NCBI GenBank assembly: GCA_046498385.1
Contig: JAWOAU010000074.1
Span: 9,355 to 73,354, forward strand
Source: Thermoplasmata archaeon
Lineage (GTDB): Archaea; Thermoplasmatota; Thermoplasmata; Halarchaeoplasmatales; Halarchaeoplasmataceae
Length of the DNA stretch: 64,000 nucleotides
Direction: 5' to 3'
The notes under the pieces: generated by a model
The model's database searches: none
Seen by the model: only the letters and a program-made list of their open reading frames with translations
What the model was told of the DNA's origin: nothing
Part shown: piece by piece, positions 51,973-60,845 of the stretch
Position numbering within the stretch: position 1 is the stretch's first letter
Layout: each line of letters opens with the position of its first letter
Program-made: the position numbers and the translations under genes

Positions 51973-52262
51973 TGGGGATCGTCTCGGAAGACCGGGTGAA
52001 ACGCTACTTGAAAAAAACCGAGAAAGCTTTGAATAAGATCGAGATTTCTCCTCCACCGAGGTCGCACCTGACTGTAATTGCAGAAGATTTCTTAAAGATG
52101 GCCGAATATTACTATTCCGACGCCCTGCATTTTTTTGAAGAAGATAAGTTAGATGACTCTTTCGCATGTGTTAATTATGCCCACGGCTGGCTGGACGCCG
52201 GTGCCCGATTGGGTCTTTTCGATACAGGAGAAGATGATGATCTCTTCACATTGGCGGAATGA
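51969..52262 (+). CDS. small helical protein, DUF357-like
   Basis: 97 aa with an ATGA overlap with the HerA-like gene. AEYYYSDALHFFEEDKLDDSFACVNYAHGWLDAGARLG resembles the archaeal DUF357 pattern as I remember it. Confidence 0.5.
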   Translation: MMGIVSEDRVKRYLKKTEKALNKIEISPPPRSHLTVIAEDFLKMAEYYYSDALHFFEEDKLDDSFACVNYAHGWLDAGARLGLFDTGEDDDLFTLAE

Positions 52263-53117
52263 TCAATCTACTAATCGAGCACCCTTGTTATCTACGGCGG
52301 TTAGATATACTCTTTCGGAACCAAGTTTCTCCACTAAAAAATCATAAATCTTTCCAGTATCTCCTATCAGGAAAACGGAGTTTCCGATCATGGACATACT
52401 CCCATTTCCCAAATCCTCCACTTTTAACAGTAACTCTTCAATCCTGCTCCTCATGAACTTTGTTTCGAGGGCGAATCGTTTTGATATATCACAGAACCGG
52501 TTGAAGCCATTTTCGGGTAAAAAATCATCCATACAGTCTTGACCTACCAGTTTTATCCACTCCGAAACCGAAGGATCCGCAAGTATATTTGGTGTAATCA
52601 AAGGACTTCCCGAGATACCTAAAACTACCTCTTTTTCTTCTGTTTTTTTTACTATCTTACCGGTCGGGGGGAGCCCGGGCTCGATTCTGGTTTCAAAACC
52701 ACCTATGGACTGCGCCACCACGTCGCCGAGTCCGGTCCTGCAGAAAACCTCGGCTACGTGTGCAGCCTTAACAGCGTTTTCCCTAGGCAATTCCATTTCG
52801 GCGCACGCGCCGATTGCGGAGGCCAGCGCACACGCGCCGCTCATACCGAAGCCTTGACTAAACGGCAGCTCTGTTTTGATGCGGATGGTTCCTCCTTTAG
52901 CCATGGATGAGATTGCCTTTTCCACCACCATGAAAGAAGATTGTTTATCGTTAACATATATCTTCCAACCTTTTCCTTCAACTTCTACCTCTGCATATAC
53001 ACCTAATTTAACTGAAAACCCCGCCCCCTTTGAACCGATCTTCTCCATATCCAATAGATTGTCTGACGGTGAAAAAAATCCGGTGATATGTCCGGGAGCA
53101 AATACCTTGGAACTCAT
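52263..53117 (-). CDS. pantoate kinase (archaeal CoA pathway, GHMP kinase family)
   Basis: VFAPGHITGFFSP N-terminus and the GHMP motif (GFGMSGACALA). ATG 53117 overlaps the coaBC stop (ATGA); the longer tracked start is rejected. Confidence 0.75.
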   Translation of the reverse strand: MSSKVFAPGHITGFFSPSDNLLDMEKIGSKGAGFSVKLGVYAEVEVEGKGWKIYVNDKQSSFMVVEKAISSMAKGGTIRIKTELPFSQGFGMSGACALASAIGACAEMELPRENAVKAAHVAEVFCRTGLGDVVAQSIGGFETRIEPGLPPTGKIVKKTEEKEVVLGISGSPLITPNILADPSVSEWIKLVGQDCMDDFLPENGFNRFCDISKRFALETKFMRSRIEELLLKVEDLGNGSMSMIGNSVFLIGDTGKIYDFLVEKLGSERVYLTAVDNKGARLVD

Positions 53118-54289
53118 AGTCTTCTCTCTACCACTGACAAAACACGGTCGGCGATATCCCTCTTTCGTCCCTGAAACCACTTTCCAGTGCCGGTTATGTA
53201 TGCCCGGGTTTCGTCGTTGCCCACGTCCTTTAATGAGTTTGCAATGACCACATCCGCTCTGTTTTCTTCGACCATAATCTTTGCTTTTTCCACAGCCTCC
53301 TCACGACTATCTGCCGCCTTATATGCAACCAAAAAGTCAGCACGGTCTCTAATCGTATCGATAAACTTCGGAAGGGGCTGCAACTCGATTATGATCGGCT
53401 CGTCGGATGGAAGTTTACTTTTGTTTACCTCTCTCACACCGAAATCGGATAGTGCAGCAGGTACGATGACGGTGCCGCTTACTTCATCCGCTAACACCAG
53501 CAGGTCCTCGAACGTATTAAATTCAACCTGTGGAATCCAATCTGGAACTTCGACGGAAACGTTACCGTGCCATAGCTCAACATCCGCTCCTTTCCGATGT
53601 GCTCTCTTGGCTAGTTCGACACCGCTTTTACCGCTGGCCTTGTTTGTTATAATCCGCATACTATCCATCGGCTCCTGGGTTCTTCCGGTAACTATTATTA
53701 TATTCCTTCCCTTTAGAGCCTCGCTCAGTTCCCTGACCACTTCGTCCACGATCTGGTCACGTGGGGCTACCTTTGCGGTCCCTTCTTTGAGATATGGACC
53801 GATGAATTTTATTCCAAGATTTTTCAATTTGTTTATGTTATCTACGATCACCGGCTGCTCGTACATACTCTGATGCATCGCCGGGACCACCATCATAGGC
53901 ATGCCGGAGCCCAAACAGGTGGTGGCGAAGGTAGTTACAGGTGTATCGTCTATTCCGTGGGCGATTTTTGATATGGTATTTGCGGTTGCTGGGGCTATAA
54001 GGTACAGGTCCGCTTTGTCCGGTACATTGCCGCAGAAACCGACGTGTTCCACTTGACCGGTTATATCTGTGATCGGCTTTCTTCCCGAGGCAAATTCAAG
54101 AGAGTGCGGGTGAATTATCTTCTGTGCCCATTCGGTCATCACACAGATAACTTCCGCCCCTTCTCGGACAAGTTCCCTGACTAACTTAACGGATTCAACC
54201 GCCGCTATGCTGCCGGTAACACCTAGTACTATCTTCATACCCTGCAGGTCTGAGCCTTTAGAGCCCTTTATATGATTTGAAGGATGCAT
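53114..54289 (-). CDS. coaBC: bifunctional phosphopantothenoylcysteine decarboxylase/synthetase
   Basis: MHPSNHIKGSKGS...KIVLGVTGSIAA flavoprotein N-domain plus a CoaB C-domain. ATG at 54289 is preferred to the TTG at 54337 in the track. Confidence 0.9.
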   Translation of the reverse strand: MHPSNHIKGSKGSDLQGMKIVLGVTGSIAAVESVKLVRELVREGAEVICVMTEWAQKIIHPHSLEFASGRKPITDITGQVEHVGFCGNVPDKADLYLIAPATANTISKIAHGIDDTPVTTFATTCLGSGMPMMVVPAMHQSMYEQPVIVDNINKLKNLGIKFIGPYLKEGTAKVAPRDQIVDEVVRELSEALKGRNIIIVTGRTQEPMDSMRIITNKASGKSGVELAKRAHRKGADVELWHGNVSVEVPDWIPQVEFNTFEDLLVLADEVSGTVIVPAALSDFGVREVNKSKLPSDEPIIIELQPLPKFIDTIRDRADFLVAYKAADSREEAVEKAKIMVEENRADVVIANSLKDVGNDETRAYITGTGKWFQGRKRDIADRVLSVVERRL

Positions 54290-54336
54290 GTTGACTAGAT
54301 AGGTATCGCCGTATTTTATTATTTCTCCGATGCACA

Positions 54337-54591
54337 ATGTTTAACTATCCCTTTATACATTCATATAGTATGGCCGGTATATTAGGTCTAGGGATACTCG
54401 CGTGCCTTGGAATTTTAGTTATCGTTATAGTGATATTAATAATCGCTTTTTTCTTGAAGGTATTGATCGCCTTCTTACCGGCTACAATACTCGCTGTTTT
54501 GGTTTACATATTTACTACAAGCATCTTTTGGTCAGTTGTGACCTTTTTGGTAGTAGCTTTAATATTGTCCATATATGACAGAGCTCGGTAG
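54337..54591 (+). CDS. hypothetical small membrane protein
   Basis: 84-aa ORF, almost entirely two or three hydrophobic helices. No other support. Confidence 0.35.
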   Translation: MFNYPFIHSYSMAGILGLGILACLGILVIVIVILIIAFFLKVLIAFLPATILAVLVYIFTTSIFWSVVTFLVVALILSIYDRAR

Positions 54592-54594
54592 CAT

Positions 54595-55923
54595 TCAATG
54601 ATCCACAACGCTTCCGACACTGTTGTTGACAAGCTTAAGGAATTCGTCTACCTTTTCTTTCGGTATGGTAGCTCCGGCGGCGATGTCGTGTCCCCCCCCA
54701 CGGCCATCCAATTTACCACTAACTTCTTTGCAAATAGCTCCCAGGTCCAGGCCGTTATCCACCAGGGCTCGGGTACCCCTACATGAAATGTCAGCCTTAT
54801 CGTCCAAGACCGTGATTCCTATAGTTGGTTTGCTTTGATCCAAGAAATAGAGCATACCTAATCCTGCAAGTTCCCCCTTTCTAGTCCTTTTTTCCTCATA
54901 GAAATATTGAATATTAGAGAGATGCTCTATGCCTTTGTCTTCCATCTTATGCAGCTTTTTTATCATCTCTGCACGGTAGTCTTTTCTAAGCTTCGCCGCC
55001 TCTTCCATTGCTGTACTATCTCCTAAGCATAGTGAAAGTCCCAAGCCAGGTTTGGAAACTCTTGCACAGGCGTTCAGAAGTTTGTAAAGTACGTCCATAT
55101 CCCAATCGTGCTCCGTATGTAAGTATTTTTTACCTTTTATGCTCTCTATAACACGGGGTGGTATATTGTGTTCTATCAGAGAAAGTACCAATAGGGAAAC
55201 CAATTTTCTATCCTTTTCTTTGGGCAGTTTATCTACAGGAGCTTCGGGGTCTATGTTTAGATCCTTCAAGATACGGTCTATTTCTTTTTCTCTACCTGAC
55301 ACATTGGGAAAGTAGGGGTCGCAGGCGTTAAGAAGAGCATCCTTAATCCCGTTTCCATCTAAGAACAAACCCTCCTTGGAGTGAATTTTATTTTTTTCCA
55401 GAGAGGCTTCAAGTATCTTTTTGTTCACTCCGGAAAACCCACCGACATTCTGCTTGTCGGCGGCGGCACCGGCCAGTCCATATATCGCTTTGGCCCAATT
55501 TGTTTCGTCATAGGTTATCGAGAGTAAGAAAGCAAGTGTGCCCCCGCTTACCTCTTTGGAACCGTTTATGCCGAAGTCATGTGGATTAATAAACACCTTC
55601 CCTTTTTTTATTTCAGCTCTTTTTTCGTTTCTATGGTGGTCAAGAACGATAACAGGTTCATCCATTGTTGATATTTTTTCCAGATGGCTGTTTCCGATAT
55701 CGGTGAATATGATCGGTAATTCCTTAGGAAGATCCTCGGGAAAAGATGACACGAAAGTGGTGTGAAAACCCTTTTTACTTTTCATAAATGTTCGAGAAAG
55801 CACGGCGGCGGAGGAGATCCCATCTGCATCGTAGTGAGTTACAATCCTGAATTTATCGTGATCCTCGAGTATTTCTGCGGCGGATTCTAACCGCTCCTTT
55901 AATGCATCTGGTAGGAATTGCAA
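54595..55923 (-). CDS. RecJ-like DHH/DHHA1 phosphoesterase (archaeal RecJ/Cdc45-type)
   Basis: DHH motifs (THYDADGISS, VLDHH) and DHHA1 GGGHDIAAGA. The TTG start at 55923 lies 5 nt after GGGGAG. Confidence 0.8.
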   Translation of the reverse strand: MQFLPDALKERLESAAEILEDHDKFRIVTHYDADGISSAAVLSRTFMKSKKGFHTTFVSSFPEDLPKELPIIFTDIGNSHLEKISTMDEPVIVLDHHRNEKRAEIKKGKVFINPHDFGINGSKEVSGGTLAFLLSITYDETNWAKAIYGLAGAAADKQNVGGFSGVNKKILEASLEKNKIHSKEGLFLDGNGIKDALLNACDPYFPNVSGREKEIDRILKDLNIDPEAPVDKLPKEKDRKLVSLLVLSLIEHNIPPRVIESIKGKKYLHTEHDWDMDVLYKLLNACARVSKPGLGLSLCLGDSTAMEEAAKLRKDYRAEMIKKLHKMEDKGIEHLSNIQYFYEEKRTRKGELAGLGMLYFLDQSKPTIGITVLDDKADISCRGTRALVDNGLDLGAICKEVSGKLDGRGGGHDIAAGATIPKEKVDEFLKLVNNSVGSVVDH

Positions 55924-55945
55924 TTTTACTCCCCTTGACGATTAT

Positions 55946-56401
55946 TCACTGAGTGAGCATCTCTGCTAAATCTCTATTGTATCTCCAATTTTCAGGCAGA
56001 ACTTCTTTTCTTTTGTAATATTTTACGAGCCTGCGTATCTTTGCCTCTATCTGCTGGAGTCCTCTGCGGTTACTTCTATCCTTATTATTCTCGTCTATAT
56101 GTTCATAAAGATTCACCGCTTTTTCCATCAAGAAAAGGAGATCCTCTGGAAGGTCAGGGTATACTTCATTTTCCTTCATTATCTGTGAGATACTTTTTTC
56201 GGTGACCAACTTTACACTAGGTACACCGAATTGATCTCTAAGCGCTATGCCGATTTCACCCGAATTTTTACCCTGCTTGGCTAGAGTGACTATGCGTTGA
56301 ACTATTTCATCCTCGTCCATGATTATCCATTCGGGTTTCTCTGTTACATTAGGACGAGTCGAACCGGATTTTCCTCTTTTTCTTGCGTGCATTCTTGCCA
56401 T
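55946..56401 (-). CDS. rps15: 30S ribosomal protein S15 (uS15)
   Basis: MARMHARKRGKSGSTRP N-terminus and the 151-aa length are typical of archaeal uS15. Confidence 0.9.
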   Translation of the reverse strand: MARMHARKRGKSGSTRPNVTEKPEWIIMDEDEIVQRIVTLAKQGKNSGEIGIALRDQFGVPSVKLVTEKSISQIMKENEVYPDLPEDLLFLMEKAVNLYEHIDENNKDRSNRRGLQQIEAKIRRLVKYYKRKEVLPENWRYNRDLAEMLTQ

Positions 56402-56542
56402 ATTATCGTCTCCAGCTTGGTTTTTGGGTTACTCGAATATAGGTACTCATACTTAAACGTGACTATTTACACTATAACACCTTCTTTTTAAACTTTATCG
56501 GATACGAGGGGGAATCAATCAATACCGGTGAAAAGGATAAAT

Positions 56543-56965
56543 CTATCCGGATTCGCCGCGTATCTTTTTCTTTATCTCGCCGATATACCTTTCTTTGTTT
56601 GGAACTTCTATACCCTTCTCAGCGCATGCGAGCATGAGTGCGACCTCTACCTCCAAGTTCATATCGTCCTGTTTCTTGTTTACGGCCACCATCAATTCGC
56701 TTCTGGGCATATCGCCATTCTTTACTACCTCGGAGAGCATACGGGGAAACAAAGGCTCTTTTTTTTCTACCTCTAGAACGTTTTTTGAAGGTTTGAACCC
56801 GGTGGGAAATTTAACCGATCCATGGTCAAAATCAATATTAACGACACCATCATTTTCCTTAACCAATCCTTTGTTTTTTGCAGCCTTCAAGAGTTTTCTC
56901 GATTCTGATAAGCTGAACCACCCCAGCTCAGTGGTTGGGTCGTATACGAAATCGTCAACCTTCAT
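56543..56965 (-). CDS. conserved hypothetical protein (possibly DUF2240-type)
   Basis: 140-aa ORF co-oriented with the neighbouring conserved genes. The family assignment is uncertain. Confidence 0.45.
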   Translation of the reverse strand: MKVDDFVYDPTTELGWFSLSESRKLLKAAKNKGLVKENDGVVNIDFDHGSVKFPTGFKPSKNVLEVEKKEPLFPRMLSEVVKNGDMPRSELMVAVNKKQDDMNLEVEVALMLACAEKGIEVPNKERYIGEIKKKIRGESG

Positions 56966-57009
56966 CTCCTTTACCCCTCTGCGCTGAAATATGAAAGCGA
57001 TCGTCTTCT

Positions 57010-57657
57010 TTAGCTCGTCGTCGGGTATCTTAACACCTCCCGCAGTCCCAATATTTTTCCCTTTATCTTACTTTCAACTGTATTGATATACACAGTACCG
57101 CCTACATATAATTCGTAGTCCCCTTCAGGTACGTTCCTGAGTTCTGACAAGTCAAGGCGATCTTGGTCTAGATTGTATATTATTATGATGTCAAATCCGA
57201 CCTCTACCGCCCTTTCCAATAAACCGATCATGCCGATGTTTCTAACCTCCTCCGAAGGTGAAAGCACCTCTTCACCGTGCATATCAATGCAGAAAACCAT
57301 GCTGTCGCTGATCTCTACCGCTTTCCCTAAAAAGGACGTATCGACCATGGTTTTAGTGGAGATTACCACTTTGTCCGCACCGGAAACGTAGAGGTCTAGA
57401 AGGGTGTTCATGTCCCTAACCCCGCAGTCCACCCATATCTCCCTCCGGGTGCTCAACTTATGTATCAGGTCCATCTGTGGACGGTCAGTTTCAATGCCGT
57501 TTATATCTACAAAATAGATCTTCTCGTAATCTGCTAAGTTCTCCATCAGGGCCGCCAGTTGGTTATCTTCGCCGTTCAATTCAAGTCTCTTATACTCGTC
57601 GCCCTCCACTACTACGGCGTATCCGCCTTTGAATGAAACCGAAGGTATCTCATCCAT
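57010..57657 (-). CDS. HisA/HisF-related TIM-barrel protein (COG1411-like)
   Basis: IYFVDINGIETDRPQMDLIHKL...WVDCGVRDMNTLLDLYVSGADKVVISTKT resembles the HisA/HisF phosphate-binding barrel. No his operon context. Confidence 0.55.
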   Translation of the reverse strand: MDEIPSVSFKGGYAVVVEGDEYKRLELNGEDNQLAALMENLADYEKIYFVDINGIETDRPQMDLIHKLSTRREIWVDCGVRDMNTLLDLYVSGADKVVISTKTMVDTSFLGKAVEISDSMVFCIDMHGEEVLSPSEEVRNIGMIGLLERAVEVGFDIIIIYNLDQDRLDLSELRNVPEGDYELYVGGTVYINTVESKIKGKILGLREVLRYPTTS

Positions 57658-57696
57658 CAAGTATCTGCATGTATTTGAACTTTATAAAATATTCCT

Positions 57697-58215
57697 TTAC
57701 CGCAGTAGATGGTTCAGGTAGGCTATCAAATGATGTAGAGGCATTCCATTTTTCCACTGAACCTTGTAGTTTCCGTGTACAGTCTTTTCGACCAAAGGTA
57801 TCTTGCGCTGCAGTACTCTTTGTTTTTTCTTTAGTTCGGGTATATCTAAAGTGAATATTCTCCACCTATCTCCCCTTTTTCCCTTTATCCTGAATGCATA
57901 AAGGGGCATCACACCGCTTGTGGTACAAACATCGATCATCCATTCGGCTTGTTCCGTAAGCCTTTCTTCATCACTGAAGTATATAACATCGCTTTTAGAC
58001 GATTTGACTTCGATGGGAAAGGATATCTCACCGCGAATAGCGATGAGGTCCATGCCCAAGCTTCCGCCGGCTCTTACCACTAGAAATGGGATCTCTTCTA
58101 TGGACATATAACTTTCTTTCTCATCAACCCTGCATGTTTTAGTTACCTTCCCCAAGGTATCCCTATCGGCTGAAAGGATCCCCCTTAGCTCTCTTTCATA
58201 CTTGCCTACGGCCAT
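57697..58215 (-). CDS. hjc: Holliday junction resolvase Hjc family, with an insertion
   Basis: YERELRGIL...FLVVRAGGSLGMDLIAIRGEISFPIEVKSS...MPLYAFRIKGKRGDRWRIF follows the Hjc catalytic layout (E, D, EVK). Confidence 0.65.
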   Translation of the reverse strand: MAVGKYERELRGILSADRDTLGKVTKTCRVDEKESYMSIEEIPFLVVRAGGSLGMDLIAIRGEISFPIEVKSSKSDVIYFSDEERLTEQAEWMIDVCTTSGVMPLYAFRIKGKRGDRWRIFTLDIPELKKKQRVLQRKIPLVEKTVHGNYKVQWKNGMPLHHLIAYLNHLLR

Positions 58216-58253
58216 GTTACCCTAAGCACGCTCTTTGTTTATAGCTATATCCC

Positions 58254-59570
58254 TCAAGGCTCCAGTCTACTGGTATCCCGGGGAAACAATATGGACTCTC
58301 TGATGTTGTCCAGATTCAATAACTGCTGCACGAACCGGTCGACTCCGAGGCCGATACCTCCGTGGGGAGGCATCCCGTATTTAAAGGATTTAAGATAGTG
58401 CTTGAAATCATCTGGGTCGAGCTCTATTTCTTTCATTTGATCTACCAGCACGTCGTACCTGTGCTCACGTTGGCCTCCTGATACAAGCTCCTGTCCTTTG
58501 TACTCAAGGTCGAAGTAAGTTGTCAGGGATGGATCGTAGTCCTTACGCATGGCATAAAAGGTGTTCTTCTTTAGATGGGTTGGAAACTCGGTGATAAAAA
58601 AGAAATCCGAGTTGTAATTTTCCTTCACATATCTTCCCAGCATCTTCTCTCCCTGGGTATCCACATTCTTCTCGTCTTCCCATGTCTTTCCCATGTCTTC
58701 CAGTATATCTATGCACTCGTAATGAGGGATTTTTTTAATGGGATGTTCGGGTAAAATCACCTCTGCTTCAAGGGATTCCAGCATCTCCTCTCCCTCCTTT
58801 TTCACGTGTTTAAGGGAATGTTCCACCATGTAAGCCGTTATATCCATCACATCGTTGGAACTGTCTATGAAGGACATCTCGAAATCCAAAGAGATGAATT
58901 CCGAAGTGTGCCTTACAGTGTCAAAATCCTCTGCGCGGTAAGCCGGTGCGATCTCATAAACCCGTTCGAGCCCCGCTCCCATCAGTATCTGTTTGAATAG
59001 CTGAGGACTCTGTGCGAGGTATGCTTCTTCTCCGTAATAATCAACGTTGAAAAGTGTTGCACCTCCTTCCGCTCCTGCCGCCACGATCTTAGGCGTATTT
59101 ATCTCTATGAATCCTTCCTTCTTGAAAAAGTCACGTATCCCCTCTATAAGCAGATTTCTGACCTCGAAAATCAATCTCTTTTCTTTTTTGCGGAGGTCCA
59201 GAAAACGATTGTCAAAACGCGTGTCCATCTCGGAATCCACCTTATCTATCACTCCCAAGGGAAGCGGTTTTTCCGCAAAACTGTCCACCTTTACCGATTT
59301 CGGCAGTATCTCATATCCTAAATCGGTTTGATCCGTAACCTGCTTTTTTCCCTCGATCTCCACCACACTTTCACGGGGTATGTTAACCAGCTCATGGAAC
59401 TCTTCACCTATATCCTTTTTGACCAGCACTACCTGAAAAACACCCTTTCGGTCTCTCACTTTTAGGAAGGCTATGCCTCCCAGGTTCTTGATCTCTTGAA
59501 GCCAACCTGCTAACCTGCAGTTCTCACCGTCCTCCAATTTTCTGGCATCAGTTGAATATATACGTTTCAT
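58254..59570 (-). CDS. aspS: aspartate--tRNA ligase, archaeal type
   Basis: 438-aa class IIb synthetase with an N-terminal OB (FLKVRDRKGVFQVV), motif 2 (YRAEDFDTVRHTSEF) and motif 3 (GGIGLGVDR). An AsnRS alternative is less likely. Confidence 0.85.
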   Translation of the reverse strand: MKRIYSTDARKLEDGENCRLAGWLQEIKNLGGIAFLKVRDRKGVFQVVLVKKDIGEEFHELVNIPRESVVEIEGKKQVTDQTDLGYEILPKSVKVDSFAEKPLPLGVIDKVDSEMDTRFDNRFLDLRKKEKRLIFEVRNLLIEGIRDFFKKEGFIEINTPKIVAAGAEGGATLFNVDYYGEEAYLAQSPQLFKQILMGAGLERVYEIAPAYRAEDFDTVRHTSEFISLDFEMSFIDSSNDVMDITAYMVEHSLKHVKKEGEEMLESLEAEVILPEHPIKKIPHYECIDILEDMGKTWEDEKNVDTQGEKMLGRYVKENYNSDFFFITEFPTHLKKNTFYAMRKDYDPSLTTYFDLEYKGQELVSGGQREHRYDVLVDQMKEIELDPDDFKHYLKSFKYGMPPHGGIGLGVDRFVQQLLNLDNIRESILFPRDTSRLEP

Positions 59571-59641
59571 GAAATCCTCATTAAAGGCACACTATAAAAG
59601 CCTTTCAGGGAATCCAAAAATATAAATCTCCCTACCAATTA

Positions 59642-59980
59642 ATGCCTTTGGATAATATGGGAAGAAACAGATACGATATAAAAAGAGGCCACTTCAAAAA
59701 CATCGAAGGTGACAAATTGAAAGAGGTTTTGATAAAATACTTCGATGATATCCAGGAGACCGATGATAAGCTGTCAGCGACCTACGGCGCCATTGATAAT
59801 CTTGAGGTTTGGGTGGAAGGTAAAACAGGTCTTTGGGTGGACATGGAGATGAACAATGACGTCTCCGACGAAGTGGCCATGGACACGGTTTCCAAATGGA
59901 ACAAATTCCTTTTAGAAGCAACCGGTTTCAATGCCAAAAAACGTAGAGAGAGGGCTAAGAGGAAGGCCAAATCGGATTGA
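59642..59980 (+). CDS. conserved hypothetical protein with basic C-terminal tail
   Basis: 112-aa ORF ending in AKKRRERAKRKAKSD. No confident family. Confidence 0.5.
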   Translation: MPLDNMGRNRYDIKRGHFKNIEGDKLKEVLIKYFDDIQETDDKLSATYGAIDNLEVWVEGKTGLWVDMEMNNDVSDEVAMDTVSKWNKFLLEATGFNAKKRRERAKRKAKSD

Positions 59981-60006
59981 TTTAAACACATCTGAAAGAG
60001 CAGTGT

Positions 60007-60516
60007 ATGGTCATCGTACGTTATAACCGCATAGGAAAGAGAGGTCGGGAGTGGGAGCATGAACTCCTGTTGGATAACGGCGAGATCATAATATCTTCCT
60101 TTGAATTTAAACTGGCAAAACCCTTTTCTCCTCTAGGAAGACCTTTGATAAGGAGTGGATATCGGGGGATATTATTTGACCACTTTGAGAAGTGGTACAA
60201 TGTAATAGAAGTTAGAGATCCTGAGGGTAAATTGAAGGGATATTATTCAGATATAAGAACGCCACCCGTAAGGACTAACAGGGGGTACGAGGCCACGGAT
60301 CTGATATTGGATATATGGGTTTCCCCCGATAACGATTATGATGTCTTGGATGAGGTGGAATTCATTGAAACCGATCTTCCTAAGGACCTTCGCGAGGCGG
60401 CTTTGTTAACCCTTAAACTCCTTCGAAAAACGATTGAAAACAAAAATTACCCTCCTCCTTGCTTTCAAGACAAAATGCATTCAAAAAAATCTCCACTTGA
60501 AATGCGGCCTTTTTGA
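60007..60516 (+). CDS. DUF402-family protein (possible nucleoside di/triphosphatase-like)
   Basis: KGYYSDIRTPPVRT...ATDLILDIWVSPDNDYDVLDEVEF resembles the DUF402 core. Confidence 0.6.
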   Translation: MVIVRYNRIGKRGREWEHELLLDNGEIIISSFEFKLAKPFSPLGRPLIRSGYRGILFDHFEKWYNVIEVRDPEGKLKGYYSDIRTPPVRTNRGYEATDLILDIWVSPDNDYDVLDEVEFIETDLPKDLREAALLTLKLLRKTIENKNYPPPCFQDKMHSKKSPLEMRPF

Positions 60517-60517
60517 G

Positions 60518-60786
60518 TCTCCGGGATTTCAATACCCCGGAAGTCAAGTTGAACGGAAAAATAATATCTTGATTGAATTAAATTCCCGGCATAATCACTA
60601 TAAATACTTTTTTAAATTGTCATACATCCTACTTATATTTCTACTCATGTTTTCTACCAGGTGACGTCTGACGAAAGGTTTTTTAATAGCAGGCATAATC
60701 TATGGAATCCCGGAAATCTGATTAAAATCGAGGGGATAATCCCAGGTTAGAGGAAACCTAAATAAGTTTTTGAGCCTGGGATTTTT
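60518..60786. repeat. cluster of six (A/T)TCCC(A)GG-core repeats flanking an AT-rich tract; candidate ORB/DUE
   Basis: Copies at 60521-60530 and 60775-60786 in one orientation. Copies at 60533-60545, 60582-60589, 60706-60718 and 60738-60746 in the other. The AT-rich stretch 60591-60660 lies between them, directly upstream of orc1/cdc6 paralog 2. Confidence 0.5.
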
Positions 60787-60845
60787 CCACATGAAACAGA
60801 GGGGTATCGAAGCACATACGCAATAAATATCTGGGGAGATATAGA

